A stretch of DNA of 63,960 nt, counting the filler, from Phoronis australis (taxonomy: Eukaryota; Animalia; Phoronida), in NCBI GenBank assembly GCA_002633005.1. It is 9 parts of 9 records of this genome, joined end to end, with 100 filler letters (N's around TTAATTAATTAA, not from the genome) between each part and the next. Parts side by side here need not be neighbours in the genome. Positions count along the whole stretch, not along the records: positions 22,087 to 33,918 come from NMRA01001674.1; positions 34,019 to 42,992 come from NMRA01001256.1; 7 more parts are not named here. One strand, 5' to 3'. How positions within the stretch are numbered: the stretch's first letter is position 1; every line of letters starts with the position of its first letter. The translations under genes were made by a program, and so were the position numbers. The notes beneath the pieces are model-generated. The model ran no database searches, was not told where the DNA came from, and was given only the letters and a program-made list of their open reading frames with translations. Below, piece after piece: positions 24,674 to 37,118 of this stretch.

Positions 24674-27279
24674 CTCTTCAACTGGAGTTCTGACACTCTG
24701 CGATCCACGGTCCTGCCTCTTCCTGGATCGGCGAGATGACATCTCAGGGGAACTTTGGGGTGAAAGGTCAGTGCTGACATTGGTCAGTTCACTGTCACTG
24801 ACCAGAGGCTGCAATAATATTGCTTGGAGGCATGAGTCATGAAAGCAATACCCAACAGAAATACGCTCTCATTTTAATCACAATAACTGAAAAAGATTTA
24901 ACCAAGTCATTAGGAGCACATAACAGCCTAGAAATAATTTATAGAAATTATCTCATTAGCTAGCACATGCAAATATTCTCAGAGACTCCGTACTTTTGCC
25001 GTATCGTACAATTCCTGTTGACACTTTACCTGTGTTTGCTGTTTAGATTTCCCAGGTATGGAATACACAACTTCGCCACCTGTAATAATTAAAAATTTTT
25101 ACTACAACTTTACTATAGGTGTCAGATATACAAATTCACACAAAACTATTACTTTCACAAGACTTAACAAATAATAACTAGGACCTGGTCCCTGTTACCA
25201 ACAAAATTCATTCATGACTCTGCTCGATAACTGCCAACTCACATCGCAGGAAATATTAAAATGGTACCGGCCCATTAACAGATATTGCCAACTCTCACAT
25301 CTAACAGATCCTGTAACCCTCATCAACCCTCACAAGTTTGGAGCAAAGTTTGAGAACTTCTTGCAAAGTCTGCTAAATGAGTAAGTGTGACCTGCCCTTA
25401 GAGTGGTTGACATGACAACCGTAGGAAAGACCATCCACCAACTTCAAGAACCATGACACACATTCTGTGACCCACTGAGTATGTGTTTTAAGTTGAACTC
25501 CTGTTTTTATTGATCAAGTGAGACGCCAGCGGTACATTAGCAGGGTGGTTGAAATCGTCAAAACAGGTATCAGTATACCTTTAAAGTTTACTAGAAGCAT
25601 GGCATGAGACTGACCAATTTGCATGTCGAGTCTGCATCTTCAAGTTTAGTCGCCTTGGGACACCATATTTTCTAGTAGCAGTATCCACTCCTTTCTGGGG
25701 CTGGACATAAAGGATACCAATATATGATCATTACACATTCCCATTCGACAGCATATTCACACAGCCCTGCATTTAGACAGGTGTAAATGTTTACAGGAGT
25801 ACAAGAAATGAACACCTAGCCATTGAAACATATTAACTCATTTGCTCACCTGAAGGTGGGGTGTGAAGACGTGGTCGCCGAGACATACTCTGTCTGCCGT
25901 CAACTGTACTGGTTCCATAGCCAACTGTTGAGTAGCTGCAAATCCACATTACTTACAGAATGGTAAAGGTTTGTCATGCAGGCTTTGAACAACATTGCAA
26001 GATTTTGCCAATTTCTCTAGCAGAGTTTAAAACAAGAATTAAATAATGCTTTCAACTAGTTTTTTTTCAATTTCTTAAAACTGATGGCTTTGTTTCAGAA
26101 GTAGCAAAAATATGCAAAAATTTAACTTCAAGGCATGTCAAATTTAAGAAATTTTTGTTCAAATAGTATTTCTGACTTTTATGTCAACTTTGTGGTTTTG
26201 GCGTGCAATAGATTTTAGCGTGTGGAATTAGAGAAAGAAAAATGTTAAAGATTCTTTGTGTGTCCTAGGAAATTGATGAATGTGAGCAACCAGGCATTTT
26301 ACAGCCTCAGTTCAACGCCTGTTAACACTTGCAAGTCTTTCTCATTCTCAGGCCATCAGTAGCTTACTCTGCTTCATCCTGGTCGTAATCATATAGACTT
26401 GTGTCCGGGTCACTGAGCCTTTCATCACCATCCACGTCACCAGGGTGAGCCAGGGTCTCGTCCGAGGCAGGCACCGGAGTGGCAAACATCCGTCCCAGCA
26501 GACTCGAGTTTAGTAAGGTGGTTGCCAGGCCAGTCTTGCCAAGGTCTGGCGAAGCTGCGGGTGGCGGAGTGGTGGGCACAGCTGTAAACATGGCAGTTGG
26601 CAGCAGGCCCGCCGCGATATTGGGCTGCAATAAAACAAAAAAGAGATCATTTATATACTTTTCGAGTGACAATTTTTAAAATTATTGTGAAGTACGTCAA
26701 TTTATAAACCAGCATGAAAGAAATAGTTTTTGAAAGTTATGAAGTGGTCTAAACTGGCAAGGACTACCGTATTTAAAGATACCAGTGGAGATAGAGTGTC
26801 CAAAGTCTCCTAAGGTGTCCCTCTATGCTCAAAAGGTACTTTGACGGTATAGGCATAACATGACAAAAAGCATACACCCACCATGACTCATCGCGAGGAC
26901 AGTGATTTAGAAATACCTATCACCCCGGTGTAACGACGGGATCTGATTTCGACTTCAAACCTCTCATAAACTATTATTGCACACACTGTGCATGAGCGGT
27001 TTGGTAACAAGGTGGCGTTAAGCTCCCGTGGGTGTCCCGCCTCACGGGTACGGATCGTCATGATTCATCCTGCGGCATTTGAGGCAACCTAGACTAAGGC
27101 TGACTAAGCCGCTCCGTTAGCCGTAAACCAACACGTGGAATTGGTGAAAATACAAAAAAAAAATAACCTCGCATATGTTCCAAAAGGCAAACAGACAAAC
27201 CACACACCATTGAAAGAGAACCATGCTTCTTCTTCTTGTCTTTCTTCGCAGAATTCTTTCCTTGTTTTGGTCCTGCCAT
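24674..27279 (-). CDS. Unknown S/P/T-rich, probably disordered protein, N-terminal 5 exons (27279-27208, 26624-26368, 25935-25850, 25079-25030, 24808-24674)
   Basis: All junctions are GT-AG and phase-consistent (0,2,1,0), giving one open frame: MAGPKQGKNSAKKDKKKKHGSLSM|PNIAAGLLPT...LYDYDQDEAD|YSTVGYGT...HTPPS|GGEVVYSIPGKSKQQTQ|PLVSDSELT...RTPVEE. The first-exon donor (GTGTGT) is weaker. A further micro-exon is possible at 23306-23273. Confidence 0.75.
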
Positions 27280-28254
27280 TCTTCGCGATGTTCACATTTC
27301 AAATTCATGCTATTTGGGACATGCGCAATGGGTGTGCTAGTTTCCTGTTAGCGTTATCCATGGTTCCAGTCACCAGGTGGCGATGCTGTGCTTAAAACGT
27401 CTGAATGAACCGGGCCAGGCAACCGTTCACGTTCAAAAATTCACCGCATTAAAGTAAATCACGTGAAAATAAAATAATGTAAATTACGACTAATCTTCAT
27501 TGTTTTTGCAACTATTGGCGATCTTATTCACAAAACAATAACTGTTCGTGACACTCCTGATTATGATTCCGATGGCCCGGCGTAGCCACAAGTGTCACAG
27601 CAGGCAGCAGTGAGGCCTCAGGAAATCCTCTGATGAAAGACTCAGTGGAGCACTAATATAGTTATTGTCAGAGTTAATAAGCAGAAATATTGCAGATGAA
27701 AGAAAGGAGCCGATTTGTGAGCATCCTGTGAGTGATGAGAGGGCTCGTTGCCGAAGTGACTATAAGCCACTAAATATCAGTACTATAACCCCGAAAGCAA
27801 TGTAACTAATATTGTTTTTTAACCCGAAAAGTGTTTTCCAAGAAAATCAAGCAAGTCGACAGGTAAGGGATGCGAGTATGACAAAACAAGCCGGTGAGTC
27901 CGAATCAGGCACGAATCTGACAGTGCAACAACTCTTTACTCAGTATCGACATGTTCAACACGGCACATGGGCNCCCCACACACAATTCAGTGCTGCGCCA
28001 CCCAGTGACATCAGCATGATGTTATCGCCAACACTGTGACATTTTAGTGTGTCTGTTTTGTTGTTATTTTTTCAAAGGTTATGTGTGAAATTGTTGCTTT
28101 ACATATAATGTAGCCATTTTTTAAGGAGTCACTGGGAATCATTTTATTGATCTTAGATCTCAGGCAAATTAGAGGCCATGTTTTGTGGCTGAAGTATTTG
28201 CATTTAACTGATTTGATAGCCCTTATACTACATTAGCTACCTTTTTAAGCATCA

Positions 28255-30268
28255 CCTATACGGCATTTTTTTCACTCAGGGTGCACACTTTTGTTTCAGA
28301 AATGGCATTTTATGAAGTTTTAATTTCAGCTTTGATACTTCTTTTATTGGATTCAACATGACACAGGGAATATCAGGTTAAATTTTTGTAAAGTCTCCTG
28401 ATTTAGTTTTTCAGATTTGGCCTGTTGAAATAACCAAAATAAGAAATGTGGGCTACGGAGAATACATCATTGGTATCGTTACATCCCAGTCCAGGCTTAA
28501 ATCTGGCTTAGGAACAAGAAAGTTTATTACTATGGTAACTCATGTACTTGATCACTGAACATCAATATAAAAAACTAGGTTCACACCTGTGTATGCTTCA
28601 CAAGGTGTGAGTATACAAATAAAACATAACAATTGTACTTAATCCTTAGACATACTTAGCACTTAACTATCATCAGGGTCACATCACTGTCTAAAAGAAT
28701 GTCTAATTCCATAAACTACTATCAAAGAAGTACAAGAACACACTTTTCATTATCAGTGAACATTGTTTGCACAAATAAATCTCACATAACACAGAGGTCA
28801 TTGGGGGACTACGGAGAATACAAAATGCGAAGCTAAGGTAACTATTTGTGGGAAGAAAATACTGGAGCAATGCAATAGAATTCATTTACTTGTCAATACT
28901 ACTACTTCTGAATTACAAACAACAGTTGTGTTTAGAAAAAGGGAGATAATACCGTCTCAATTTTCTTTGCACTTGTGCAAATACAAAAATATAACGTAAT
29001 GGAAAATAAAATTTTATCCTAGGACATACTCAGCTCTAAACTATAATCAGAGTCACGTCACCATCAATGGGGTGCCTATTTCCATCAACTACCCTCAAAG
29101 AAATACAGAAAAGCACTTTTCATCATCAGGAAACATTGAATGCATAAATCTCACATAACACAGAGGTCATGGAAGGGGCTACGGATAATACGAAATATGC
29201 AGATACCTGTTCATAAGTGGATGAACACTTGAGCAATGCAATATAATTCATTTACTTGTTAATATCAACACTTCTGAATGACAAAAGAACATTCATGTTT
29301 TATTAATAACGAGTTTAAACTGAAAAAGTAATTTTAGACAAACTTGCCTCAAATCCCGCCCATAAATATATATATATTTTTTTAATTTTCTTGTCTTGGA
29401 GAGTTTATTTGTTTCTATTTCTTCAGTACATGCACCTAGATACAAGTTTTTTCAAACCATGTACTAACATTTTCAAAGTTGGGGGCTACGGAGAATACAG
29501 GGGCTACGGCCTACGAAAGACATTTTTGCTCGTGACCAATTCAAATCCAGGTCTTGGTCTAAGATTTTTTGTGGACCAAAAATATCTTCAAGATTCTCAA
29601 TGTGCAGTATCAAATATCTTTTATTTATGGAAGAATTTAATGGAATTCAGACAGTGCTACGGAGAATACAAGGTTTTTTCTTAGGTGACTGTGATATTAT
29701 TTGGTCGAGGAGTCCAATCACTAGGACATCTGGTACAAATATGTAGTTTCTAAATCAAATTATATACCATCAACCATTAAAAACACAGTTCAAAACACTA
29801 GTAATGCTTTTCGTTTTCAGTCATGGCTGTAAGAGAAGGAGCATGTGCAAATTTACGTGTTTTGCATAACATTGGCATCATTTTGCAATTGTGCCTGAAA
29901 ATTGAGTTTGACTTTTCAGATCCCTGCAATTTCCTGAAGAAAAACAAGAATTACATGTTAGGATCATGAAAAAACATTAAATTTCAATTGATTGTGCGAT
30001 TTAATTAAATGCCATGTGTATTAAGAACATGCAATGTTTCAGTGTAACAATATAACGGTGGATTTCTTACTATTTTCAGCTATATCAAGGATTACTCTGG
30101 CCATAATTAGCATTTTTTCATACTTTAAAATGCGTAAATGTCATAAGTACCAGTGATAAAACAAGATCGTCATACAAATATCTGCCAGAGGTAAAGGAAT
30201 TCTGTCAATATGATTGCATAACATTGAAAAATCTAAATTTGCACCCTGAAAGAAAAAATGCCGATAGG
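28255..30268. mobile_element. ~2-kb non-coding TIR element with internal duplications
   Basis: Left CCTATACGGCATTTTTTTCACTCAGGGTGCA versus rc of right CCTATCGGCATTTTTTCTTTCAGGGTGCA. Motif CTACGGAGAATAC (or 1-mismatch variant) at 28453, 28809, 29179, 29486, 29657. ~28665-28915 is duplicated at ~29040-29280. No clear TSD. Confidence 0.6.
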
Positions 30269-31690
30269 ACTGTCTGTGGAATCCCAAAGTTTCTAAAATG
30301 CTTACTTTCTGACATCAGCCATTCGGTGCTCGGAGGGACACTTTTTAAGTCAGCTCAGGCGCATGTTCAGTAGAGGCGAAAATGTTCAGAAATCGGTGCC
30401 TCACGATGCGGCCAGGACCGGCATCCACCAGGAGGACACGCAACCGAACACACACGAGCCGTCTATGTCATTCAGAACGCCGGACGACAAAGTATTCTTA
30501 GAGTAGTACGTTTCTCGGGTTCAAAATAATGGTTTAGACGGCTAAAATTTCCATGCATGTTTTTATCCTACCCGCATATATACCTGGTGCCACTGTTGCT
30601 GGAAAGCGTTTCAACTATACTTAGACATTTCCTTTTGAATAACTAAATCACATACTTTATAATAGCAAATATAATCATAAATTTCACTCCGCTGTGTTGG
30701 GTTCTAGTCTTTAAGTAACTTCTGTTATTAACCGCTCATGTCCTTCGTCATTGTTAATGAAACCTGAGAATGTAACGTCTTCCCAGTCATTTCGTTTTCT
30801 TCGAATGTAATCAAAAGGGGATAGAGCATCTGGTCAGGATTATGTGTAATATAGCCAGTCGACCTTGTGAAGTAGGAGCTTAAAAAGGATTTCGAGAGTA
30901 CTTTCACATAGCAATTATATTTTAACGTTTTCCACCTCATTCACGGGTGTACTTGTCAAATATAAATAGTCCCACTTTTACAATTGCGACATGTAATTTT
31001 GGCCAATGAATTTTGGTGGCAAATGACAAAATGTTGAAATTTATAGTTCCTGCACATTGTGTCATGTTTGATCAAAAATAATGTCTCAGGCATTTAAACA
31101 CTTGTGGTTACATTGAACGAGCATAGATCAAAACAGGAGTAAAAATAAAGGATTTTAAAAAAATCACCTAGAGGTAGACTATGAAACTATTACTCATGAC
31201 AAATACATGAACCTGGACAATTTCGATTGTGATACTCAACAAGCGACGAATTCGGGTTTTCAATTTGTTTCAACAAAGCGTCGCATGAGAGGGGTGAAGA
31301 TATTTTGGTTACTAAAGTGTGGTTAAGTCGGAATTATGAGGCAAGTGGTAAAAAATTTAGAGCAAAGCGATCTCGATTCTCAGTGGATTAGTTTTCTTGG
31401 ACTTTTACTAGATATACTCACCCCGTATCACAATTAGGTTCAAACAAAGGTACCTATTGAACAATCATATTCAGCTTCACCAGACTCAGGTCCTCTCGTC
31501 CCCCAACAATTTTCTCACCTTGCCTCGCGTGGCTCTTCTCGACATTGAAGTAAAAAAAAACATTTATATTTAGCAGTAACGTTTTTTTAAACAATTTGGC
31601 TGAATTCCATGAAAGTAAAAGTATTAAAGCACAAAGTTGTGTTATTCCATTCCGAATCGAGACATGCACAATCCCAAAATTAAACGCACG

Positions 31691-31732
31691 CACACACATA
31701 CACACACACACACATACACACACACACACACA
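31691..31732 (+). repeat. (CA)n microsatellite
   Basis: About 21 CA units with two TA interruptions. Confidence 0.95.
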
Positions 31733-33058
31733 ACTAAATGTTTATATACGTATATGTTATACGGAATTGGTTAAACGCACGACACTTTTCATTGTTCACA
31801 GTCTTTATTCCGTTACGTTCATACCTGCGGAACAAAACTCTACTCTCAACTGAATATAGATAAACTAACTGACCTAGCGACGTAATTAAAAGACACACGA
31901 TATCTTGAAACATACAATATCGTGTGTCTTTTAATTTGTTTAACATGTTTTTACGAGTTTTGGCGTTCCGTACATCTTCAAATATTGTCATTGTAAAGAA
32001 ATGTGTTACTAAACATCGTATGGGTAAAACGTACACCAACAGAACTCTGTGGTTTGATAAAAGCTGATGCAGTTCCATGAAATAGAGTTAATACCTATCG
32101 TATCTGTTGTAGAAGTCATTTCAAAACGCCAAGATTTATTACTGTGACACGGGCTGATATAAATGTGATTCATATATGTGCTGAAATGATTGGAATTGTT
32201 GCGGAAAACAAAAGAAATATCAAATGTGGAGTCCATTTCCTCCCCATTATATCCGTTTGCCCTGTATACTTCGTGCATTGCAATCTTAATCTTAAATGTT
32301 GTCTTTGACTGCTCAAACCAAAAACAATTATGCGCTGCTCACATACAAGATAAATATACTCTGTTGACTTCATTTTCGTTAAAATGAACATTAAGGTTTA
32401 ATAAGAACGTATTCCCAAATGGTAACCTTTAGTGTGACATCATTTGCTTCTAAATAAACAGAACATAGTATACAAATTATTGTAATTCTAGGCTACACAT
32501 GATTGATGAAATTTTCAGCTGTCTATTGGTTATGAAATGTTCTGTAAATACATACAGGTACGTTCAAAGGTCAGGTCTGAAGCATCTGTAGACACGCTTG
32601 TGTTTTTGTTTGAAAAGTTTTTAAATTTCAACCTCAATTGTTCGTTTTCCAGATGTAGTTTTACATTTTCTTGTGTAACCTGTCAATTTTATTTTGCATT
32701 TCATTCATTGGGTACAAATAAAACAACAAGAACAATATATATTTTAAATTGTACAGGGAATTTCAGGGCCACAGCTCTACAAATAAATATTTCACTGAAG
32801 GAACCAGATGGGTTCCTTAATTGCAAGAGATAACACCCGCATTTACGATACCCAGTGTGTAATTGAGTATCGGATACTAAGTGGAACAGGTTTGCACAGT
32901 ACCAAATGGGTGCATAATACGAAATGGGTATTGGCCGATTGCCTACCAAATAGCTCGAGCAAATGGGTACAAACTGCCAAATGGGCAAATATCATATAAA
33001 GTACCAAATTGGTACACCAAACAGCCAACTGGGCTACAACAGCCTGCAAAGCAGCATT

Positions 33059-33641
33059 TCATTTATTAACCGGCTCGCCGTTTGCTTCAGTTTGGGCGTG
33101 GTTTGGTTCAGTTTGAGCCAAATTGTCCATGAAATCCGCAGGACGTTTGAAGTGTTCGCAAAGCCGAGCACTGGAATATTTGGTAAAATATTCGGTTACC
33201 TCATCATTCGGCACCTTGACAAGTCTGGTTTCATTACGCACATAAACATGCGTTTCGTTTTCTGAAACGTATTTGTAAGGTTTTGCATACCCTTCCGCCA
33301 CGGTAATTCGGATAACATAGCGACAGTCCTTTAGCCCGAGGACGGGAACAAAGTGCATGTGGAATAATGATTTGTTCACACGTGGAGTAATACCATTCTG
33401 AGCTGCCACTATGTGTCTTGCACATTCGTCTAAGTTTAGCCTTATGCCCTGAACAATACCCTTATCAGTCACTCCAAAATAAATTATCCCCCCTTCGGTA
33501 TTTAAGAAAGCAGTCGCGTATTGCTGTACGACAGTTGTCAGCTTCTTTTCCTTTCGTTCCTTGAATTCGCACCACTGGGTCTCTTTTCCGATGTATTGTT
33601 TTTCTTTGTAGTCTTTAGCGATGTCCACCTTAAATTTCGTC
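33059..33641 (-). CDS. Terminal exon of a Schlafen/AlbA_2-domain protein (SLFNL1-like)
   Basis: Acceptor TTTTTTCAATTTATATAG then an open frame to TGA. Motifs GKETQWCEFKE, YATAFLNTEGGIIYFGVTDKGIVQG, FVPV...YVIRITV and VYVR are the AlbA_2/Schlafen signature. Upstream exons not identified (contig ends at 33918). Confidence 0.88.
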
Positions 33642-34018
33642 CTATATAAATTGAAAAAACAAAAATAAGTAAAGAAAAAGTTGAAACAAACTTTCCGGCA
33701 ATGACTCGTCTACATCAAAAAATCACTTCTTTTCATGAATACAGCCACTTTAAAATGTTTGAAGAGGCAGCTAATGAACTGAAGAATGTTAAACACTTAG
33801 GAAGATGGTTGGCAATTGCGAAATGTCTAGGAACAATTTTCAGCAAATCCAGATATTTAATGAAGCGTTAAATAAAACTGTAAAATAATTCTTTTAAGTT
33901 CGATAAATTTCTAAATCTNNNNNNNNNNNNNNNNNNNNNNNNNNNNNNNNNNNNNNNNNNNNTTAATTAATTAANNNNNNNNNNNNNNNNNNNNNNNNNN
34001 NNNNNNNNNNNNNNNNNN

Positions 34019-34198
34019 GTGTGTCCCTTATAGCACATCATTTGCTCTGCTCCAATATCTATGTGTGTCCCTTATAGCACATTGTTTGCTCTGCTCCAAT
34101 ATCTATGTGTGTCCCTTATAGCACATTGTTTGCTCTGCTCCAATATCTATGTGTGTCCCTTATAGCACATTGTTTGCTCTTCTCCAATTTCTATGTGT
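34019..34198 (+). repeat. 44-bp tandem repeat, 4 copies, at contig start
   Basis: Unit GTGTGTCCCTTATAGCACATTGTTTGCTCTGCTCCAATATCTAT at 34019, 34063, 34107 and 34151. Confidence 0.95.
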
Positions 34199-34749
34199 AA
34201 TGATGATAAAAACAACTGTAGATTTAAACCAGCTTGACATGTCAAGCCTGTTTAAATACATCGTTGTTTTTATGAACATATGCTGCTAATTGCTATCATG
34301 GAGATCTATGTAATGATTTGAATGTACGTATACACAAAACGTACTGAGAGTGGCATACATAAAGTAATATCACACAAGAAATTATTCCGTGTATCGACCT
34401 TGACCTTCGGTCTCGGAATAATTTCGTGTGGGATATTACTTCATGTACACCAATCGAGATACGTTTTTTACTTATCACATACGGTTTGTATTCCTAAGTT
34501 TCTTTCATTTTTTGGCAGATTTTTTAAATACTTCACTCAGACTGTTCATATGACGGACCACATCCTATGTGTATGTACTTGCGCGTTAGGTTGCAAGTTT
34601 TGTCTAGTAAAATAAAACAGTTTTAAATATGATTCATTACTTGAAAAGAGATTACAAAAGATGAAATCAACGGTAACTGTAAATTGAACTTGTAACATCT
34701 CCTGAAAATAGTTCAATAACAACAATATATTTGATATTGTAGTTACCGA

Positions 34750-35049
34750 GGAATCGGCGCCTGAGTTGCAGACAATATAATATTTAGCAATTGAAAACTA
34801 ATAGAACTGTCATATGATTAACAGTCCTGTTCCAGATGTTATGATTGGGACCTGATTGCAAGTTGAGTGTTATTTTTACTGCTGCAATTGTATTACTTGG
34901 AAAGTTTGATGAACGAACCGCTAACGACGTCGAGTCGACATTGACCTACCTTTTGAACTTTCCATGTCAGAGGTCACTGTTGAAGTAGTGCGGGAGGTGA
35001 ATACCGAAAACATTTATTACATGGCCGTATTGCACTCCACTGATTCAAC
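34750..35049 (+). repeat. ~300-bp dispersed repeat (copy 1; copy 2 at 60191-60503)
   Basis: Colinear shared blocks ATATAATATTTAGCAATTGAAAACT, TGCAATTGTATTACTT, TCGACATTGACCTACCTTT, AACTTTCCATGTCAGA and GTTGAAGTAGTGC. Confidence 0.85.
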
Positions 35050-35196
35050 TCATATGGGATAATATATTAAAACACTCTCTCATTTGTATATTAATGAAAT
35101 TGCTCAATATGCGTTTATGTCAATAATGAAGGTGTTGCCTATATCCTGTATGAAGCTGTAAGTTTTTAAAATGCTCTTTTTACATTGTATTTGTAG

Positions 35197-35330
35197 AAAA
35201 TAAAGATTACTTAGTGAACCTGATAGATTCACCTGGACACATTGACTTCTCCAGTGAGGTGTCAACAGCTGTCAGGTTATGTGACGGAGCCGTGGTATTG
35301 GTCGATGTTGTCGAGGGGGTGTGTCCTCAG
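35197..35330 (+). CDS. EFL1: Elongation factor-like GTPase 1, exon (G3 region)
   Basis: AG/GT-bounded; [44 protein letters not shown]. Confidence 0.95.
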
Positions 35331-35658
35331 GTACAAACTTTAGTCGTATCAAGTCATTCACTCCATAATTAGATTTAGGTGGGAATCAAGGGGCCTGCAC
35401 CCTTTAGGCATGACCAAAAAGGTAACGTCGCCATCTTTCTGTTTATGGGACTGTTGGAAAGGTGGGTCTGTTGGAAATGGTGGTTGTGAAATCCTTAATC
35501 TCCTAGTATTTTGTTTTTAAATACCATAATTTTGTTGTAATGTGTCTTCAAAATTAATTATGACACAAAAAAACTAATTTATTGATTTATCTTTTTGTTC
35601 TGGCATGTTTCGTTACTAAGCTAGTGTTACGAAAGTCATTGAAAATGTTGCCTTGTAG

Positions 35659-35796
35659 ACGCATGCTGTGCTCCGGCAGGCCTGGCTAGAGAAGTTAAAG
35701 CCAGTTCTCGTGCTCAACAAGTTAGACCGACTGATTACTGAACTGAAGATGAGTCCTGCTGAAGCTCACGTCCATCTCCAGCAACTTCTAGAGCAG
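35659..35796 (+). CDS. EFL1: Elongation factor-like GTPase 1, exon (G4 NKxD)
   Basis: THAVLRQAWLEKLKPVLVLNKLDRLITELKMSPAEAHVHLQQLLEQ; phase 0-0. Confidence 0.95.
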
Positions 35797-35890
35797 GTAA
35801 AGGATTATAGCTCTCCCTTGTCTAACCACCGACGCTTGAGTCAGTCTTCATGGAGGTGGGCATGGGCCATGGGTAATTGAATACACATGG

Positions 35891-35990
35891 TGCAAGTCAT
35901 AGAGTAGGGGACATAGTGCAAGTCATAGAGTAGGGGACCTAGTGCAAGTCACAGAGTAGGGGACCTACTGCAAGTCATAGAGAAGGGGAC
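35891..35990 (+). repeat. 26-bp intronic tandem repeat, ~4 copies
   Basis: TGCAAGTCATAGAGTAGGGGACMTAG at 35891, 35917, 35943 and 35969. Confidence 0.9.
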
Positions 35991-36662
35991 TTTCATCAAC
36001 AACTTGAGCTCTGTCACTGGTCATCAAAACTGGATATCCCGTTTTGTAAAACAATGGCATGGAATTGTCGTTAGTACTCATAACCAATAGTATTCCACAA
36101 AAAATTATGCTATACTTTTAGGACACATTGCCATGCTTGTACAACTGTCGGGCCGGTTGGGAATATTCGACTGATTGCGTTGCTACCAACTGCACATGAA
36201 AATTTGTATTAAAAGGTGATTATTTGAGGCTGCATTTGCCGTGTTTAGTTGACTAAAAACACATATTAGAGCTTTTACTCTCGTACAATTACTTTCATTC
36301 CATTGTATTCTTTATCGCGATAGAATTCTATTTCAGTTTTCAACAAGAACATAGAAACCATCAGTGACTCGAGAGTTCATTAGCATGGGCCAACCTTGTA
36401 ATTGAGAATTGGAAAATGGTGCTGTAGGCTTTCAAACTGCCTGTGTCTTTAGTGATGAAGGAAATAGAATCCTGTTACGTAAGGAATTATACCAATTTTA
36501 TGAGAGCAAAGGGATTAATTCGATTTTTTTTCTCAGTCAGTTAAACTGGACGAACTGCAGCTTTAAGTTCTATAATTCTGTTACGGGAGTGTTGGTAACC
36601 CTTTGCAGCTATTTGTGATGCTGCGTTGTTGTGTTCAAAACATTGGTTTTTGTACTTTCCAG

Positions 36663-36719
36663 TTAAATGCAATCACAGGAGAGCTGTTTACTTCTGACTT
36701 CATGGAAAAGTTTTCTGGT
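36663..36719 (+). CDS. EFL1: Elongation factor-like GTPase 1, exon
   Basis: LNAITGELFTSDFMEKFSG; TTTCCAG acceptor and GTAAGT donor. Confidence 0.9.
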
Positions 36720-36933
36720 GTAAGTATTTATTTGAGCCGTATGATTTCCTACTAGGTGCTAAACATGGATTGGTTCATACTGTTAAACATGTCTCGTGGC
36801 CTTTTGCAATAAACTAAATTATATGATTAATCAGGTTGTCACATCATGTCTTCTTATTGGTCTCCTTGTACAATTTTGGGAAAATATTCAGAATATATAT
36901 TATGTGAAGTCTTGCTATGATATTTCTGTGCAG

Positions 36934-37118
36934 GAGACTGTCGGTGACCTCTCAGGTGACCCACCGCCTAGCAACAGTATCCAGGATGAGCTCAAGTGCT
37001 CAGATCAGGTGTATGACTGGAGCACAGGTATCGAGGAGGCTGAGGACGAACATCTGTACTTTTCACCTGACCTGGGTAATGTGGTCTTTGCCAGGTCCAT
37101 TGATGGATGGGGCTTTAG
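36934..37118 (+). CDS. EFL1: Elongation factor-like GTPase 1, exon (G5 region)
   Basis: ...[37 protein letters not shown]; VYDWSTG is characteristic of EFL1. Confidence 0.93.

Noticed and set aside
25614-25700. Possible extra exon PQKGVDTATRKYGVPRRL... of the minus-strand gene
   Set aside because: Open only in phase 0, incompatible with the flanking phase-1 junction.
8671-35990. CRISPR-like appearance of the 59-, 51-, 44- and 26-bp arrays and the spaced CTACGGAGAATAC motif
   Set aside because: Head-to-tail repeats without unique spacers of constant length, no cas genes, eukaryotic context.
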